Shown here: one piece after another, positions 47,181 through 58,759 of the stretch
Layout: each line of letters opens with the position of its first letter
Numbering within the stretch: position 1 is the first letter of the stretch
From: Nitrososphaerales archaeon
GTDB lineage: Archaea > Thermoproteota > Nitrososphaeria > Nitrososphaerales > UBA213
Assembly (NCBI GenBank): GCA_965197925.1
Contig: CBDAOC010000020.1
Span: 480,001-544,000, forward strand
Direction of reading: 5' to 3'
Length of the DNA stretch: 64,000 nucleotides
Made by a program: the position numbers and the translations under genes
Notes under the pieces: model-generated
Databases searched by the model: none
What the model was told of the DNA's origin: nothing
Seen by the model: only the letters and a program-made list of their open reading frames with translations

Positions 47181-47371
47181 AATAAAGAGCAAGAATTCTC
47201 CATTTGTTGGCAAAATTCACCGTCATGAATAGAATAATCCAATTTTCTACTAAATAATAGTTTACCAATAATAGTTTACAACAAAAAAATTTGAAGGTTA
47301 TTTATAATATTTGAATAACAATTGAGTTAGTCACTAGACCTTGTAATACACAAATTTTATAAATAATAAAA

Positions 47372-47468
47372 TCTCCTTGATGCTAAGGAGACGCATAGGT
47401 CAGTGCAGTTAAGTTGTTACCAGGCCCCCCCTGTCAGCAAGATTCGTTAACTGTACTGACCTGTCTCC
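47372..47468 (+). ncRNA. Candidate structured RNA / long hairpin element
   Basis: Stems ggagac/gtctcc, aggtcagtgcagttaa/ttaactgtactgacct, ttgt/gcaa, cagg/cctg; upstream ttttataaa box. Confidence 0.45.
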
Positions 47469-47806
47469 AATATTAAACAGGTTTTGTAATGGGGAAGTTT
47501 TGATAAAATGGAAATATATCTTCCTCTGGTTAAATGTACAATCGTGGAAGTTTCTGAGGAAGGTAGAAAGCATTTGTGGTCAATTCTAACTCGTGTTTGG
47601 CAATATAATTATCAGATCATTGAAAAAATAGAATTGAGTAGCTTCTCGAAATTAACGAGGAGAATAGACGTTTCATTATTTGTCAGGATATAGACTCCAT
47701 TACCCACTAAGAATTACAGACAAAGAACCTCTACTCTACTGGGATTAATGCTTTACAAAAAATATCTGAGCGCAATTTAAATAACGCTATATTATCGGGA
47801 CATTAG

Positions 47807-48823
47807 ATGAATCTACCTACTACAAGCAAGATACAATTCACATCTGATTTGCATATTTGCCGTATCTTGAATGGGATGTGGCAGGTGTCAGGTGCGCACG
47901 GACCCATTGATCCTGAAAAGGGAATAATAAACATGTTCAATTATCTAGATTCAGGATTTACGACTTGGGATCTTGCAGATATTTACGGACCAGCTGAAGA
48001 TTTTATTGGTGAATTCAAACGTCAACTGGGGTCATCTCCCTCTGCACAATCAAAATCTTGTATTCAGGCTTTTACAAAATGGGTTCCACAACCAATGAAG
48101 ATGACTCGGAAGCTGGTAGAAGAGAGTATCAAATCGTCTTTACGGCGAATGGATGTTGAAACCTTAGACTTGTTGCAGTTCCACTGGTGGGACTATAATG
48201 ATTCCAACTACCTTGACGCACTTGTCTATCTTTCGGAGTTGAGGGAAGAGGGAAAGATAAAGCATGTTGGCCTAACCAACTTCGATACGAAGCATCTAAA
48301 GCTCATAATTGACCACGGGATAGAGGTGGTTTCTAACCAGACACAGTTTTCATTGATTGACCGAAGGCCAGAAGTAAGTATGATTCAGTTTTGTAAACAG
48401 AAGAATGTCCAGCTTCTAGTATATGGAACACTTTGTGGCGGTCTGCTATCAGAGAAATTCTTGGGCCAACCTGAGCCTATAGGAGATGTATTGAACACTG
48501 CTAGCTTGCAAAAATATAAGCGGATGGTGGATCGATGGGGCGGCTGGGATTTGTTTCAAGAGCTACTTATGATACTGAAGCAGATAGCTAGCAAGCATGG
48601 AGTAAGTGTAGCCAACGTAGCGGTGCGTTATATTCTGGACCGGCCGATGGTGGCTGGGGTAATCATAGGCGCACGACTCGGTGTGAGTGATCATCGATTG
48701 GATAATGCACGTGTATTTGATTTCAAGCTTGACACGGATGATCATAGCTTGATTGAGACTATTCTCAACAAATCACATGATCTTTATAGCTTGATCGGAG
48801 ATTGTGGTGATGAATACAGATAA
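47807..48823 (+). CDS. Aldo/keto reductase
   Basis: GMWQ, DLADIYG, DLLQFHWW, GKIKHVGLTN motifs. Confidence 0.9.
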   Translation: MNLPTTSKIQFTSDLHICRILNGMWQVSGAHGPIDPEKGIINMFNYLDSGFTTWDLADIYGPAEDFIGEFKRQLGSSPSAQSKSCIQAFTKWVPQPMKMTRKLVEESIKSSLRRMDVETLDLLQFHWWDYNDSNYLDALVYLSELREEGKIKHVGLTNFDTKHLKLIIDHGIEVVSNQTQFSLIDRRPEVSMIQFCKQKNVQLLVYGTLCGGLLSEKFLGQPEPIGDVLNTASLQKYKRMVDRWGGWDLFQELLMILKQIASKHGVSVANVAVRYILDRPMVAGVIIGARLGVSDHRLDNARVFDFKLDTDDHSLIETILNKSHDLYSLIGDCGDEYR

Positions 48824-49165
48824 TATTGAATTTCATTCCAGATTCACGATTGGAGTTAACAAGTTATAGTTAACAACAAAGAATCAAACAATTAAACTAT
48901 TAGTCTTCAAATTCTATGAAAGTTACTATTGTCTCAAGAGATGTATTGTTCCAAGAATTGCAGTTATATCATTATGTCCATTATCATAGCCTTCTCGTTT
49001 AGTAGACCCAAAATGCACCAATGATACATTGGAGTACTAACGTGTATGTAAGGTAAGTCATATTTCTCTTGACGAGATTGGGGTAAGAGAAGAACAATGA
49101 TCTTGACAGCACATCTAGACACCTTTGATATTAACACCTTTTATACTTCTCTAGACCATGATTGA

Positions 49166-50089
49166 ATGATGCACTTAAGAAAATTATTATCCATAACTAG
49201 ATTGTCTACAGTAATATTGATGATTCTTTCTATATCCCTATCTTTATCTCTCGGACAGGCATCCGCAAGAGACCCAGAAAAAGATAGAGGGGGAGAATTT
49301 AAAATTCCAGACCTGGGTACGTTATATGCAATTGATTTGAGTGGTGAGACCTCTATACCAACTAGGGAAACTAATCAACCAGTATCTGCACACATGTTGT
49401 TGGAAGTAAGCTCCGTTAAGACATCTGGGGTTCCGAACATTTCTCTAACTCTAATAGAAGGGTATGTAATAGTTGGTGGTGAAAAATCGCCATTATCACA
49501 TGGTACGTCATCGATCGCGCCGGTGAACAAACTAAATATGAGGCACTTTAGTGAAGTTGGCAGAAGTGTCCTAACTGTGTCCGCTGATCTATTAATGCCG
49601 CTACCCATATCAGAAGCCGATTCACCCGTAAAGCTGGCACCTGCTCTAACCAGCAGATCAGCTGAAATCCAAATCAATAACGAGATTTGGTATTTTAATT
49701 ATTTCAGTGGTGATCTACGCATTTCACCACCCGTTGTTGGTGAAGCAGTAGGTGTATCAGATACCGAAACTATAGATGCTCTTGGCGGTAGAATTCAGGA
49801 CTTTTTCGAGGGCAAGCAGATGTTGTTTCAATCTGTTTTATCCAATAATCTAGAGTCCCCACAGGACTTTGCCTATATAGTACAGATAACAGATTCTGAT
49901 GATTTGACCATACAGTTATCATGGATGCAGGGCACCTTAAATCCGGGACAATCAATAACTGTGGCGCAGTCATGGTTAGCCGAGGATAGAGGAATTTATG
50001 ATGTTCAGGTATTGGTCTGGGATAGTATGGCAAGTCCGACTCCTTTAACATCAGGGGTTGACACCTTGGAAATAGAGGTAACCAAGTAG
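49166..50089 (+). CDS. Secreted protein with thaumarchaeal Ig-like C-terminal domain
   Basis: Signal peptide; FAYIVQI..QLSW..GTLNPGQS..SW..VWDS..PTPL. Confidence 0.7.
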   Translation: MMHLRKLLSITRLSTVILMILSISLSLSLGQASARDPEKDRGGEFKIPDLGTLYAIDLSGETSIPTRETNQPVSAHMLLEVSSVKTSGVPNISLTLIEGYVIVGGEKSPLSHGTSSIAPVNKLNMRHFSEVGRSVLTVSADLLMPLPISEADSPVKLAPALTSRSAEIQINNEIWYFNYFSGDLRISPPVVGEAVGVSDTETIDALGGRIQDFFEGKQMLFQSVLSNNLESPQDFAYIVQITDSDDLTIQLSWMQGTLNPGQSITVAQSWLAEDRGIYDVQVLVWDSMASPTPLTSGVDTLEIEVTK

Positions 50090-50832
50090 AATAGCAAGCA
50101 AATAAGAAAGATGTATACCCACTCTCATGATAGAATTGTTTTTTATTCAATTCTAAATCGTTTGAAAGTGAAATAAATGGTAGAATTATTATCTATGACT
50201 AGAATCCGTAACACAAAATGGATTCAAGTCTAATCGAAATTGGCAATCAATTTCAATGGATGTAAGCTAGTTATTGTTCATGAATGAATGAGATCGTCGT
50301 TGATTAGGTTCATGGTCTGCCATGCTGATTTCATTCGTATTAAACATATTATATTTCTAAAGTGAATATGAAAATATGTCCATCTTTATTCCTGATAGTT
50401 GAGCTATTTAGGTCGTCTCAAAACCCTTTAACGGTTAATGAAATTTCTGCGATCGATATATTTGCCAGTACAGGGTTCCGGAGATCAACGATTCGTTATG
50501 AAGGATCATGGGAAACGTACATGGGATTTCCGCATCTAGCAGCATCCATAATGCATTGGAGAGTTTTGAGATGACTTCATTAATTGACTATGAATAAAAA
50601 TCAAAATTTGTTCTGAAGGAATATTTTTTGATACATATTGTCCTATATTTCTCCAATATGGTGGTCAAGATTCTCTGCGGGTAATATGAGTATATTGTTG
50701 CTTATCCCCATCCTAAATATTACAACAAAATAGTGTTGGCGCTTATTAAATTGGTTTATTCCTTTCCGCTCTTAATTGTGATTTCCCAGAAACTGTTTCT
50801 CGTACATGAACTTCTTTTTTCTAGCGGACAAC

Positions 50833-52451
50833 CTAAATCCAACCAACTTCACGAGTTATCTTTCTATTCCTATTACTAAATATTGGAATCATGAGAAACA
50901 AAGCAATAACTGTGGCAAATACGATCGATGTAATAGGAAATTCTGGGACTACAGTTGCTCCAAATATCTCAATGGCATCTGTATCATCTGGAGCGATGAA
51001 TCTAATTGTTGTTGAGGAGGCATTGGAGGATATTTCTTCGAAGCGGATTTGTGTCTTCTGGTCTCTAGTTGTTATTGTGTGAATACCATCTATAATCTTC
51101 TTCGGTATCGATAATTCCAGCTCGCCTCCTCCTCCAAGATCAAAATGGACCGACTCATTGGGTTTTATGACAAAACCAAATGGCCTTACGTCCTTTGCTT
51201 TGCCCAGTACAGAGTACGTATTCCCATCGATACTGGACGAAAGAGCAAACCTCGTAGGTTCTACCTGCAGAACTTCGACCATTGTTTCGTCCGAGGCACT
51301 AACAATACCATCATAAACTACTAAATGAAATATCAGTGTTGTAACTTCATCTACAATCGGTGTTGTAAAAGTCGGTGTGGGAGATGATGCATCACTCAAA
51401 GTGACATTTGTACCTGTTAACTGAATACATGAAAACGTTAGGATGCCATCATCAGGGTCTGAACTGGCTGTTCCGTTGAGAGTCACCGACACCATTTCAT
51501 TAACCGTATGATCTTTACCCGCATTAGCTATAGGCGAATGATTTGGAGTGACAGATTCAAATAGTTGGACACGACGATTTCTTGTATCAACTACAATAAT
51601 TTTGTCCGAACCATTAACCGTTATACCAGTAGGCGCTATAAATTGTCCATTGCCAGAACCTTGTGAGCCGAATGTGAGGAGGAAATTACCATTAGAATCA
51701 AACACAACAATGCGATGATTCCCTGAATCAGTAATGATAATGTTGTCTGAGCTGTCTACTTCAATATCGCTAGGCAACAGAAGTCCATTACCCTGTGGAG
51801 TAATAGGCCCAAACCTGATTAATTTACCAGTAGAATCGAATACCTGGATGCGATGGTTGAGTGTATCAGCTAAAATGATGTTGTCTGAGCTGTCTACTGC
51901 TACTCCCAACGGTAAATTAAACTCTCCATCAGCAGATCCTTTAGAACCAAATTTGAATAGGAAATTACCCTTGGAATCAAATACTTGGATTCGGTTATTT
52001 TCGCTATCAACAACAATAATGTTGTCCGATCTATCTACAGCCAGACCGGCCGTTTAAACTCTCCATTATTAGATCCCTCCGAACCAATCCTAAAGAGGAA
52101 CTTTCCAGTAGAATCGAATACCTGGATGCGATGATTTAATCCGTCAGAAACAATAATGTTACCTGAGCTGCCTACGTCGATTGGACGATTGAACAATCCA
52201 TTACCAGAGCCAATAGAGCCGAAGTTGAAGAGGAATTTACCAGTAGAATCGAATACCTGGATGCGATGATTGAAAGTATCAACAACAATAATGTTGTCCA
52301 TACTGTCGGTAGCTACGCCTATAGGTCGATTGAATTGACCATCGGCAGAACCTTCTGAGCCAAACTTTGTGATAAAGGCAGAAGATGCGTATACAAAATT
52401 TGCACTCAACAACACCAAAATTAAGGCCAACATACACACAATTTTCCGCAT
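50833..52451 (-). pseudogene. NHL-repeat beta-propeller + PKD-like domain + PEF(G)-CTERM surface protein, frameshifted
   Basis: Repeats DTxNHRIQVFDSTGKFLF; PIANAG..VTLNGTASSDPD; VPEF-TM-basic tail; frameshift near 52040. Confidence 0.85.
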
Positions 52452-52784
52452 AGAAGTTTGTCTATGGACTGATAATATATTATATCTTTCGTCATTTTTG
52501 TGTACACTTTTCCAAGCGATAAAAATTAGAAGGATGAGACCTTAGTTATTCCTGTTATTATAGAATATTATCCCGAAAAATACAAAAGCTTGTTGCTAAA
52601 GGAAGTAAGAAGAAGAATTACAGTTGTATTTAGAAACCATTAGTCTTTACTACATGATTATTCATATCTATCCCTTGAATTATTGAATTAGAATTTTCTC
52701 ACCATTCTCTGTATTGTAGTTTTTATGGTTATGGTTAACATCATTTTTTTATGAATAATTATTCTACATTAACTTCTAAATATC

Positions 52785-53945
52785 TGAGACTTGGGCATAA
52801 TTCAATTATAATATTATTTTGAAATTATTACTATTAGCTTCCCAACATATACTTCAATGCCCTTAATGGTCTTCCTGTCAAGTAGTTGTAGTAAACCATT
52901 ACCTGATACAACAATACTGATAACAACACTATACTCCTTACCTTATCAAATCCTCTAACTGGTAATGGTCTATATCAAATACATCCTTCATATGCTCTAT
53001 CAATGGCTCAACGCTTATGCTCTTCCGAGAATATACATGCTGTCCATATTCAGAGTTATAGAACTGCAGCAATGCCAGTCTATTATCTGTAGTATGCTTG
53101 TACCTTTCCAATGGGAATACTGGATGCCCTCTATACCTGCTGAAATCACATAACTTGTGATCATCATATCCTTCATCTCCTACAACATACATCACCATTC
53201 CTGTAGGCAATGAAGATGTGATGCTTTCATACATCATGTTATCAGTAATGTTAGCTGTTGTGAAATCAGCTGATAATGGAACTATCAACGAACCTGTGCT
53301 ACATGCTAGATGCAGTTTGTATCCGAATATCCATCCCTTGGTTCTGCTGTAGCCCCATCGAGCATCTGTATCTATACCAGAGCGTGGCACTTCATTCTTC
53401 TTCATGCTAGATTTGTGCCATACATGTCCCTTTGCTTTCAACAATGAACTGTCAACGGATATTATGGCTGGGTCTACCAACCCATCTTTTATGAAGAGCA
53501 TACCCATCCCAAGTTTGCCCTTTATCCAGGGCCTTATCCCGCAAGTCTACCAACCCATCTTTTATGAAGAGCATACCCATAACATCTATCCTTGATCTTA
53601 TGTCAATTGATACGGCCTTGAACCTTCTGTCGAATGTTCTTCTGTCTGGCAACCTATTAAGACCACATGCCTTCATTACCTTCCTGTTGTATGGCATGTC
53701 TATCAAAAAGTTTCATGCAAAGCATTGTTGCTTGGTATTCTTACCCATACTCTAACGATGAAGCATCTACCATAACTGTAGGAGAATAGTAGAATGGTCT
53801 ACCCCTTTTCCTATTAGGTTTTGACCAAGGAATCACGTCAATCAAAAATAATATACGAAGGAGTATCGAGTCTGAGCTAAACATATCAACAATGAAAAAT
53901 GGAACCTGATCTTATCGTTTCGAACTAAATTACGCCCAAGCCTCA
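52785..53945 (-). mobile_element. IS family A copy 4, both TIRs present, frameshifted, carries 73 bp insert
   Basis: Same TIRs as 35222-36382; more diverged coding sequence. Confidence 0.92.
53472..53580 (-). repeat. 36-37-36 repeat-spacer-repeat inside transposase (copy 4)
   Basis: Repeats 53472-53507 and 53545-53580, same spacer. Confidence 0.9.
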
Positions 53946-53980
53946 AATAGATATGATTAATAAAACCACAAAAACGAAAT

Positions 53981-55051
53981 GTGAATATGGAAAATAGAAT
54001 GGAGAAAAAAGAAAACTCCTTCTCGGATACACTCTTGGCTATCCTTAATGATGGTGCTCTAGCATTGATGATTTCCATAGGACACAGAACTTATCTATTC
54101 GATATTATGGCTGAAATAGGTCCGTCCACAAGCGAGCAAATATCATCAGAATCAAATCTCAAGGAAAGGTATGTTCGCGAATGGCTAGGAGCTATGGTAA
54201 CCGGAAGAATTGTTGAATACGATCCAGATAATGGACAGTATAATCTTCCACCAGAACGTGCATCCTTCCTAACTCGTAAGTCTGCTCCTAATAATCTCGC
54301 AGTCTATATTCAATACATACCACTAGCAAATGTTGAGAACAGGATAGTTGAAAGTTTCAAGAGGGGTAGAGGTGTACCATATTCCTATTTCACCAGATTC
54401 CATGAGATCATGGAGGAAGAAAGTAGCCAGACTATCCTTCCAGCCTTGATAGATTCGATTATTCCACTAGTTTCTGGTTTGAAAGAACGACTTGATAAGG
54501 GTATAGACGCATTAGATATTGGATGTGGACGTGGACGAGCTCTGATACTCATGGCTCAGAACTTCCCCCGCAGTCATTTTGTAGGATATGATTTTTCAGA
54601 GGAGGCTATTTCATCTGCTAAATCAATTGCAGAAAAATTTAATCTGAGCAATGTCAGTTTTGAAGTTATAGATGTGTCCAATATTCAAACAACTCCGAAG
54701 TTCGACCTAATAACAGCTTTTGACGCTATACATGATCAGGTAAAACCTGATAAGGTGTTGAAAAACATAGCAAGTTTGCTGCGTCCGAAAGGGATCTTCT
54801 TGATGCAAGATATTGCTGCTTCTAGTAAGCTCCACAACAACATTGAGCATCCAATAGGTCCATTTCTTTACACGATCTCATGCATGCATTGCATGACTGT
54901 ATCCTTGGCTAATAATGGAGCTGGACTGGGAGCGGTATGGGGTAAGGAGAAGGCATTGGAAATGCTCAAGATTTCTGGGTTCACTAATGTGGAGGTAAAT
55001 CAGTTACCTCATGACTTTCAGAACTATTACTTCGTATCTAGGAAAAATTAA
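53981..55051 (+). CDS. Class I SAM-dependent methyltransferase with N-terminal wHTH (Rv2258c-like)
   Basis: ERYVREWL, LDIGCGRG, FDAIHD, MHCMTVSLA..GLGAVWG. Confidence 0.9.
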   Translation: MNMENRMEKKENSFSDTLLAILNDGALALMISIGHRTYLFDIMAEIGPSTSEQISSESNLKERYVREWLGAMVTGRIVEYDPDNGQYNLPPERASFLTRKSAPNNLAVYIQYIPLANVENRIVESFKRGRGVPYSYFTRFHEIMEEESSQTILPALIDSIIPLVSGLKERLDKGIDALDIGCGRGRALILMAQNFPRSHFVGYDFSEEAISSAKSIAEKFNLSNVSFEVIDVSNIQTTPKFDLITAFDAIHDQVKPDKVLKNIASLLRPKGIFLMQDIAASSKLHNNIEHPIGPFLYTISCMHCMTVSLANNGAGLGAVWGKEKALEMLKISGFTNVEVNQLPHDFQNYYFVSRKN

Positions 55052-55246
55052 AGACTGGATTTCGGAGAATGTTGTTATTAAAAACCTTTCATTTTGGTTA
55101 ATAACTCGAAGGAATGCTTTGTACGTCGATAAAAAGAATGTGATAGATGTAAAAGTGGCAGTAAGCTACTGGGGTGGATACATAACCCACTCCATTTTTT
55201 CGTCTTAAGTATCAATATTCAAAATAGATACAAAATATAAAGGGGA

Positions 55247-55441
55247 ATGGCTTGTCCTTACCCATCGTTCGAAGCAGTTAAGAACATGAGTTCCCTTAAT
55301 CCTAAGGAGATCCTTGAAGTTGTAACTGACAATGATGAATCGGCCATGAAATCAATACCTTCTGTTTGCGAAAAACGTAATTGGGAATTTATTGTAATTG
55401 AAGATGGTGTAGATCTTTGGCGAGTTAGGATCAAGAAATAA
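55247..55441 (+). CDS. TusA/SirA-family sulfur carrier (N-terminus possibly degraded)
   Basis: CPYP motif, LEVVTD. Confidence 0.65.
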   Translation: MACPYPSFEAVKNMSSLNPKEILEVVTDNDESAMKSIPSVCEKRNWEFIVIEDGVDLWRVRIKK

Positions 55442-55592
55442 AAGTAGATATTTCTACACAAATTATTTTGTCGTATCCTTTACCTCTGGATTATCGTGAA
55501 ATTTGTCAAATGGTATTACACCTAAGTCTCAGCTAGTTATCAAGGGATGATAAGTATAATTCAGATGCAGTCGTCAAAAGTCAATCAGCGGC

Positions 55593-56465
55593 ATGTTTCT
55601 TAAAATTAAAGTAGAGCGTAGTATCATTCTGATCCCCATGAAGGGCAACAATAAAGTGGAAGATCATTACACAAGGAGTAATCTTAGGGATATTATTCTT
55701 CTCGAACTACAGAAGGCAGGAAGAGACATCAATGCACTAACGCCGGAAGATCTTTCACCGGTAGACGAATTTCATATTCGTGGTCGTGAAGCAACTAAAG
55801 AGCTGGCAAATCTTGCCGATCTGAAACGAGATTCACATGTTCTTGATGTAGGAAGCGGAATAGGAGGACCCTCCCGATATCTTGCGTCGGAATTCGGTTG
55901 TTATGTAACTGGCATCGACCTAACGGAGGAGTATTGCCAAGTCGCTAAAATGTTGGCCCAGCGAACTGGATTGAAGGATCGTGTTAATTACGAGTACGGA
56001 GACGCACTGCAGATGCCTTTCGATGATGGAATCTTTGACGTAGTATGGATGCAACATACCACAATGAACATTGAAGCAAAGTTGAAACTATATTCTGAAA
56101 TATATCGTGTTCTGAAACTTGGAGGTAGGCTTGCACTCTACTAGATCTGCTCTGACGGTGGAGGATCTGTTTACTTCCCAGTGCCTTGGGCTCATGAACC
56201 TTCGATCAGCTTTCTGGTTTCTGCGGAACAGATGCAACATGATTTGAAAAATACAGGATTTCGAGTTCTCACTTGGCGCGATGCGACAAATCCTGCTCTC
56301 GAATGGTTCCTCGAAATGTTGGAAAGGCAAAAGGTCGATAGATCGCCCTTGGGTCTTAACGTGCTCATTGGACCTGAATGGGGAACGATGGTTGCGAATC
56401 TAATAAAGAATCTAAAAGAAAATCGTATCGCTCTAGTGCAAGGAGTATTGGATCGGAGGAATTAG
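55593..56465 (+). pseudogene. SAM-dependent methyltransferase with a single in-frame TAG (56142-56144)
   Basis: VDEFHIRG, VLDVGSGIGG; LY*IC..FPVPWA continues in the same frame. Confidence 0.8.
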
Positions 56466-56480
56466 TATCTGCTTTTAAGG

Positions 56481-56660
56481 TGAGGCTTGGGCATAATTTA
56501 GTTCGAAACGATCAGAACAGGTATTCTATGATACTATGATGGGAGCAAACATAAGAATTGCAAGCATTACTACATACTTCTATCAATAATCAAGGAGAAG
56601 CATTCGATAACTCCTTCACAGGTTGAGAATCATTTCGATCTAGGATACAAGGGAGTCAAA
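56481..56660 (+). mobile_element. Solo family-A left end followed by a DDE_Tnp_4-like fragment
   Basis: tgaggcttgggcataatttagttcgaaacgat, then KHSITPSQVENHFDLGYKGV. Confidence 0.55.
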
Positions 56661-56819
56661 CCCATTGGGGAGGGCCTCCACGTTCCTTGTTGCATAACTA
56701 TGAAATCCATTACTGAATAACGAAATTATTCTGTTATTGTGGTATGAAATTCTGAGTTGCATTTCCAATATTTAACCATAAGACAAAAAATTACAGAATC
56801 TTTGAGTTATGCGACAAAG

Positions 56820-56841
56820 TGCCTCCGCGGGGAATCGAACC
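56820..56841 (-). other. tRNA 3'-end fragment (possible att site)
   Basis: GGTTCGATTCCCCGCGGAGGCA = T-loop + acceptor 3' strand + discriminator; no 5' half. Confidence 0.55.
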
Positions 56842-56929
56842 AAATGGGGATTCGACTCCATAAATGACAGAAGCTATCGGGGTGGCTACATAATCCCTAC
56901 CCATTTTTTTTGATTTTTATAGATTGGGA

Positions 56930-57469
56930 TTATTCATAAGGTAAAGCTCTTTTTAGTTTGTCTAATTCGTTATCTAATCTTCTGTACAATTCTGATTGCC
57001 CAGCTATGAGAGAACTTATTGGTCGCCTAGCGGGGAAAACTGGGCCAAGTAAAACATCATTTCCTATTATTTCATCCAATCTTTTTGGTTCTTTTTGCAG
57101 TGTGCTAGAGATCAAGTTATTCATTGTTTTAATTGCATCTTGAGAAGAAATTCCATGTTCCATTGCAGTCATTAATTTTCTTATAGATCGCTTCGGAAAT
57201 GGTCTCAAACCGTATTGAGTCGTTTTTGGGATTGATTTAGTAAATTTGCTTTCTATTCTTTCCCCAATTCCAAGTTTTCCGGTGTAAATGCTCTCACGTT
57301 TGATCAACCAAGATATCTCTGGACTGTTAATAAATAATTCAGGATAACCTTTCGGACTAGTACCGAAAAACATTTGCAGTCCCAACGGATTTTGTTCGTA
57401 TCTCCTCTGTACATCTTTCCAGATTTGTTCTTCGGACATTATACCCATTTCTAAATCAGTTATCTCCAC
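56930..57469 (-). CDS. Hypothetical protein
   Basis: 179 aa ORF, no recognised motif. Confidence 0.55.
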   Translation of the reverse strand: MEITDLEMGIMSEEQIWKDVQRRYEQNPLGLQMFFGTSPKGYPELFINSPEISWLIKRESIYTGKLGIGERIESKFTKSIPKTTQYGLRPFPKRSIRKLMTAMEHGISSQDAIKTMNNLISSTLQKEPKRLDEIIGNDVLLGPVFPARRPISSLIAGQSELYRRLDNELDKLKRALPYE

Positions 57470-57962
57470 TTCTTTATAATTTGATCTCTAACTAATTGCA
57501 AGTGTAGAGGTTATGGTTACATAGCTATCTGTATTCTTACAAAATTGAAACCGCCAAAATTAAGTCTTAACTCATTTGTGACTATCTGAAAGCATCATTC
57601 TCGATACAAGTATATGGAACCCATAAACATAAAGGCCCGTAGGGCATTGATTACTACAGGTTGTCGGGTTCATCCTTTAGCTTGCCATCAATAGTCTTGC
57701 TTCTCTTATAACACTTACACTCACAATTGTACTCCTTGCATAAATGGTCAAGCTTCATAGTAGCACATTATCTCCATACCTGGGGGTACTGGAAGGGTTA
57801 CTCCTAGCATTCATCTTTACCTCAAACCATCCACTATCAGTGTTAGATAAGCTGTTCCTGGATTGTGACCTTCCTTACCGGCATTCACAACTAACTGATG
57901 GTGTTCCTTGCTAAGGTTATCTCCATTGAATGTGTATGTTCCCTCATTCTTTTGTAATTCTA

Positions 57963-58664
57963 CTATACCATCAAGTCAGCATTGATTACATCGGGTGTTA
58001 CGAAATCTCCATAGTTAATCTTGTCACTAAATCTATCTCCTTGAATGAAATTCACGAAGATTGTAGCTAATTCTCCTTGTTCGTACAATGTCTTATCAGA
58101 TTCCATCTGTACTATCAGGTCCCACGATTTCACATTGACCGGCACATTTCCACAGCAGTGTCTTACCCCGGACTTTGAGGGATTGAACGTATCGTTGCCT
58201 TCAAATATAGCAAAGATGCTCATCGTTTGGCTTCCTTAGGATTTTATTGTCTCTGTTGATCCGGGCTTGATATAATAGGGTTCTACAACCCATGTGACAA
58301 AGTAGCTTCCATCAATCCCAGTCACTCCTTTGCCTACCAACTTCTGCTCTGGGGTCGGAGTAAGAGCAAAAATTTTTACAGGTATGTTAGGTAACATATA
58401 ACCCTCACGTGTCATCAAGTTGCCTGTGAATACAATTTTCTCTCCAATATGCAGTACATCATTGGAAATTCCTGAACCGCCATCAACTGCTGCCGATCGT
58501 TGCAGCGGATCTAACACGATTATGGTGGATGTGCCTCGAATGAAAGGACTAACCAGTTCTGAAGGCGTAAAGACTTTTGCCACTGTATTTGTAGTTACAA
58601 TTGAGCCCGTAGAAAGCACTAACGCCAATCCCAATTCTATTGCCATAGGTTTGTTTGATTCCAT
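57963..58664 (-). pseudogene. Secreted Ig-like protein, fragmented
   Basis: Signal-like start, TGIDGSYFVTW, FAIFEGNDTFNPS; split ORFs. Confidence 0.5.
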
Positions 58665-58759
58665 GAGTTACTAGTGTAAGAGGAAAATAAAAGAGGTACC
58701 ACCAACAATTCTACAAAAAATTGAATAGTTAAATTCTCAACACTGATAATTGGCTTTTA

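Noticed and set aside
51734..52380. Nucleotide repeats such as ccagtagaatcgaatacctggatgcgatg
   Set aside because: Explained by NHL protein repeats.
56142..56144. In-frame TAG in a methyltransferase as pyrrolysine or readthrough
   Set aside because: It is not a methylamine methyltransferase and no pyl genes are seen. A GAG>TAG change is simpler, and TAA/TGA nonsense codons are common nearby.
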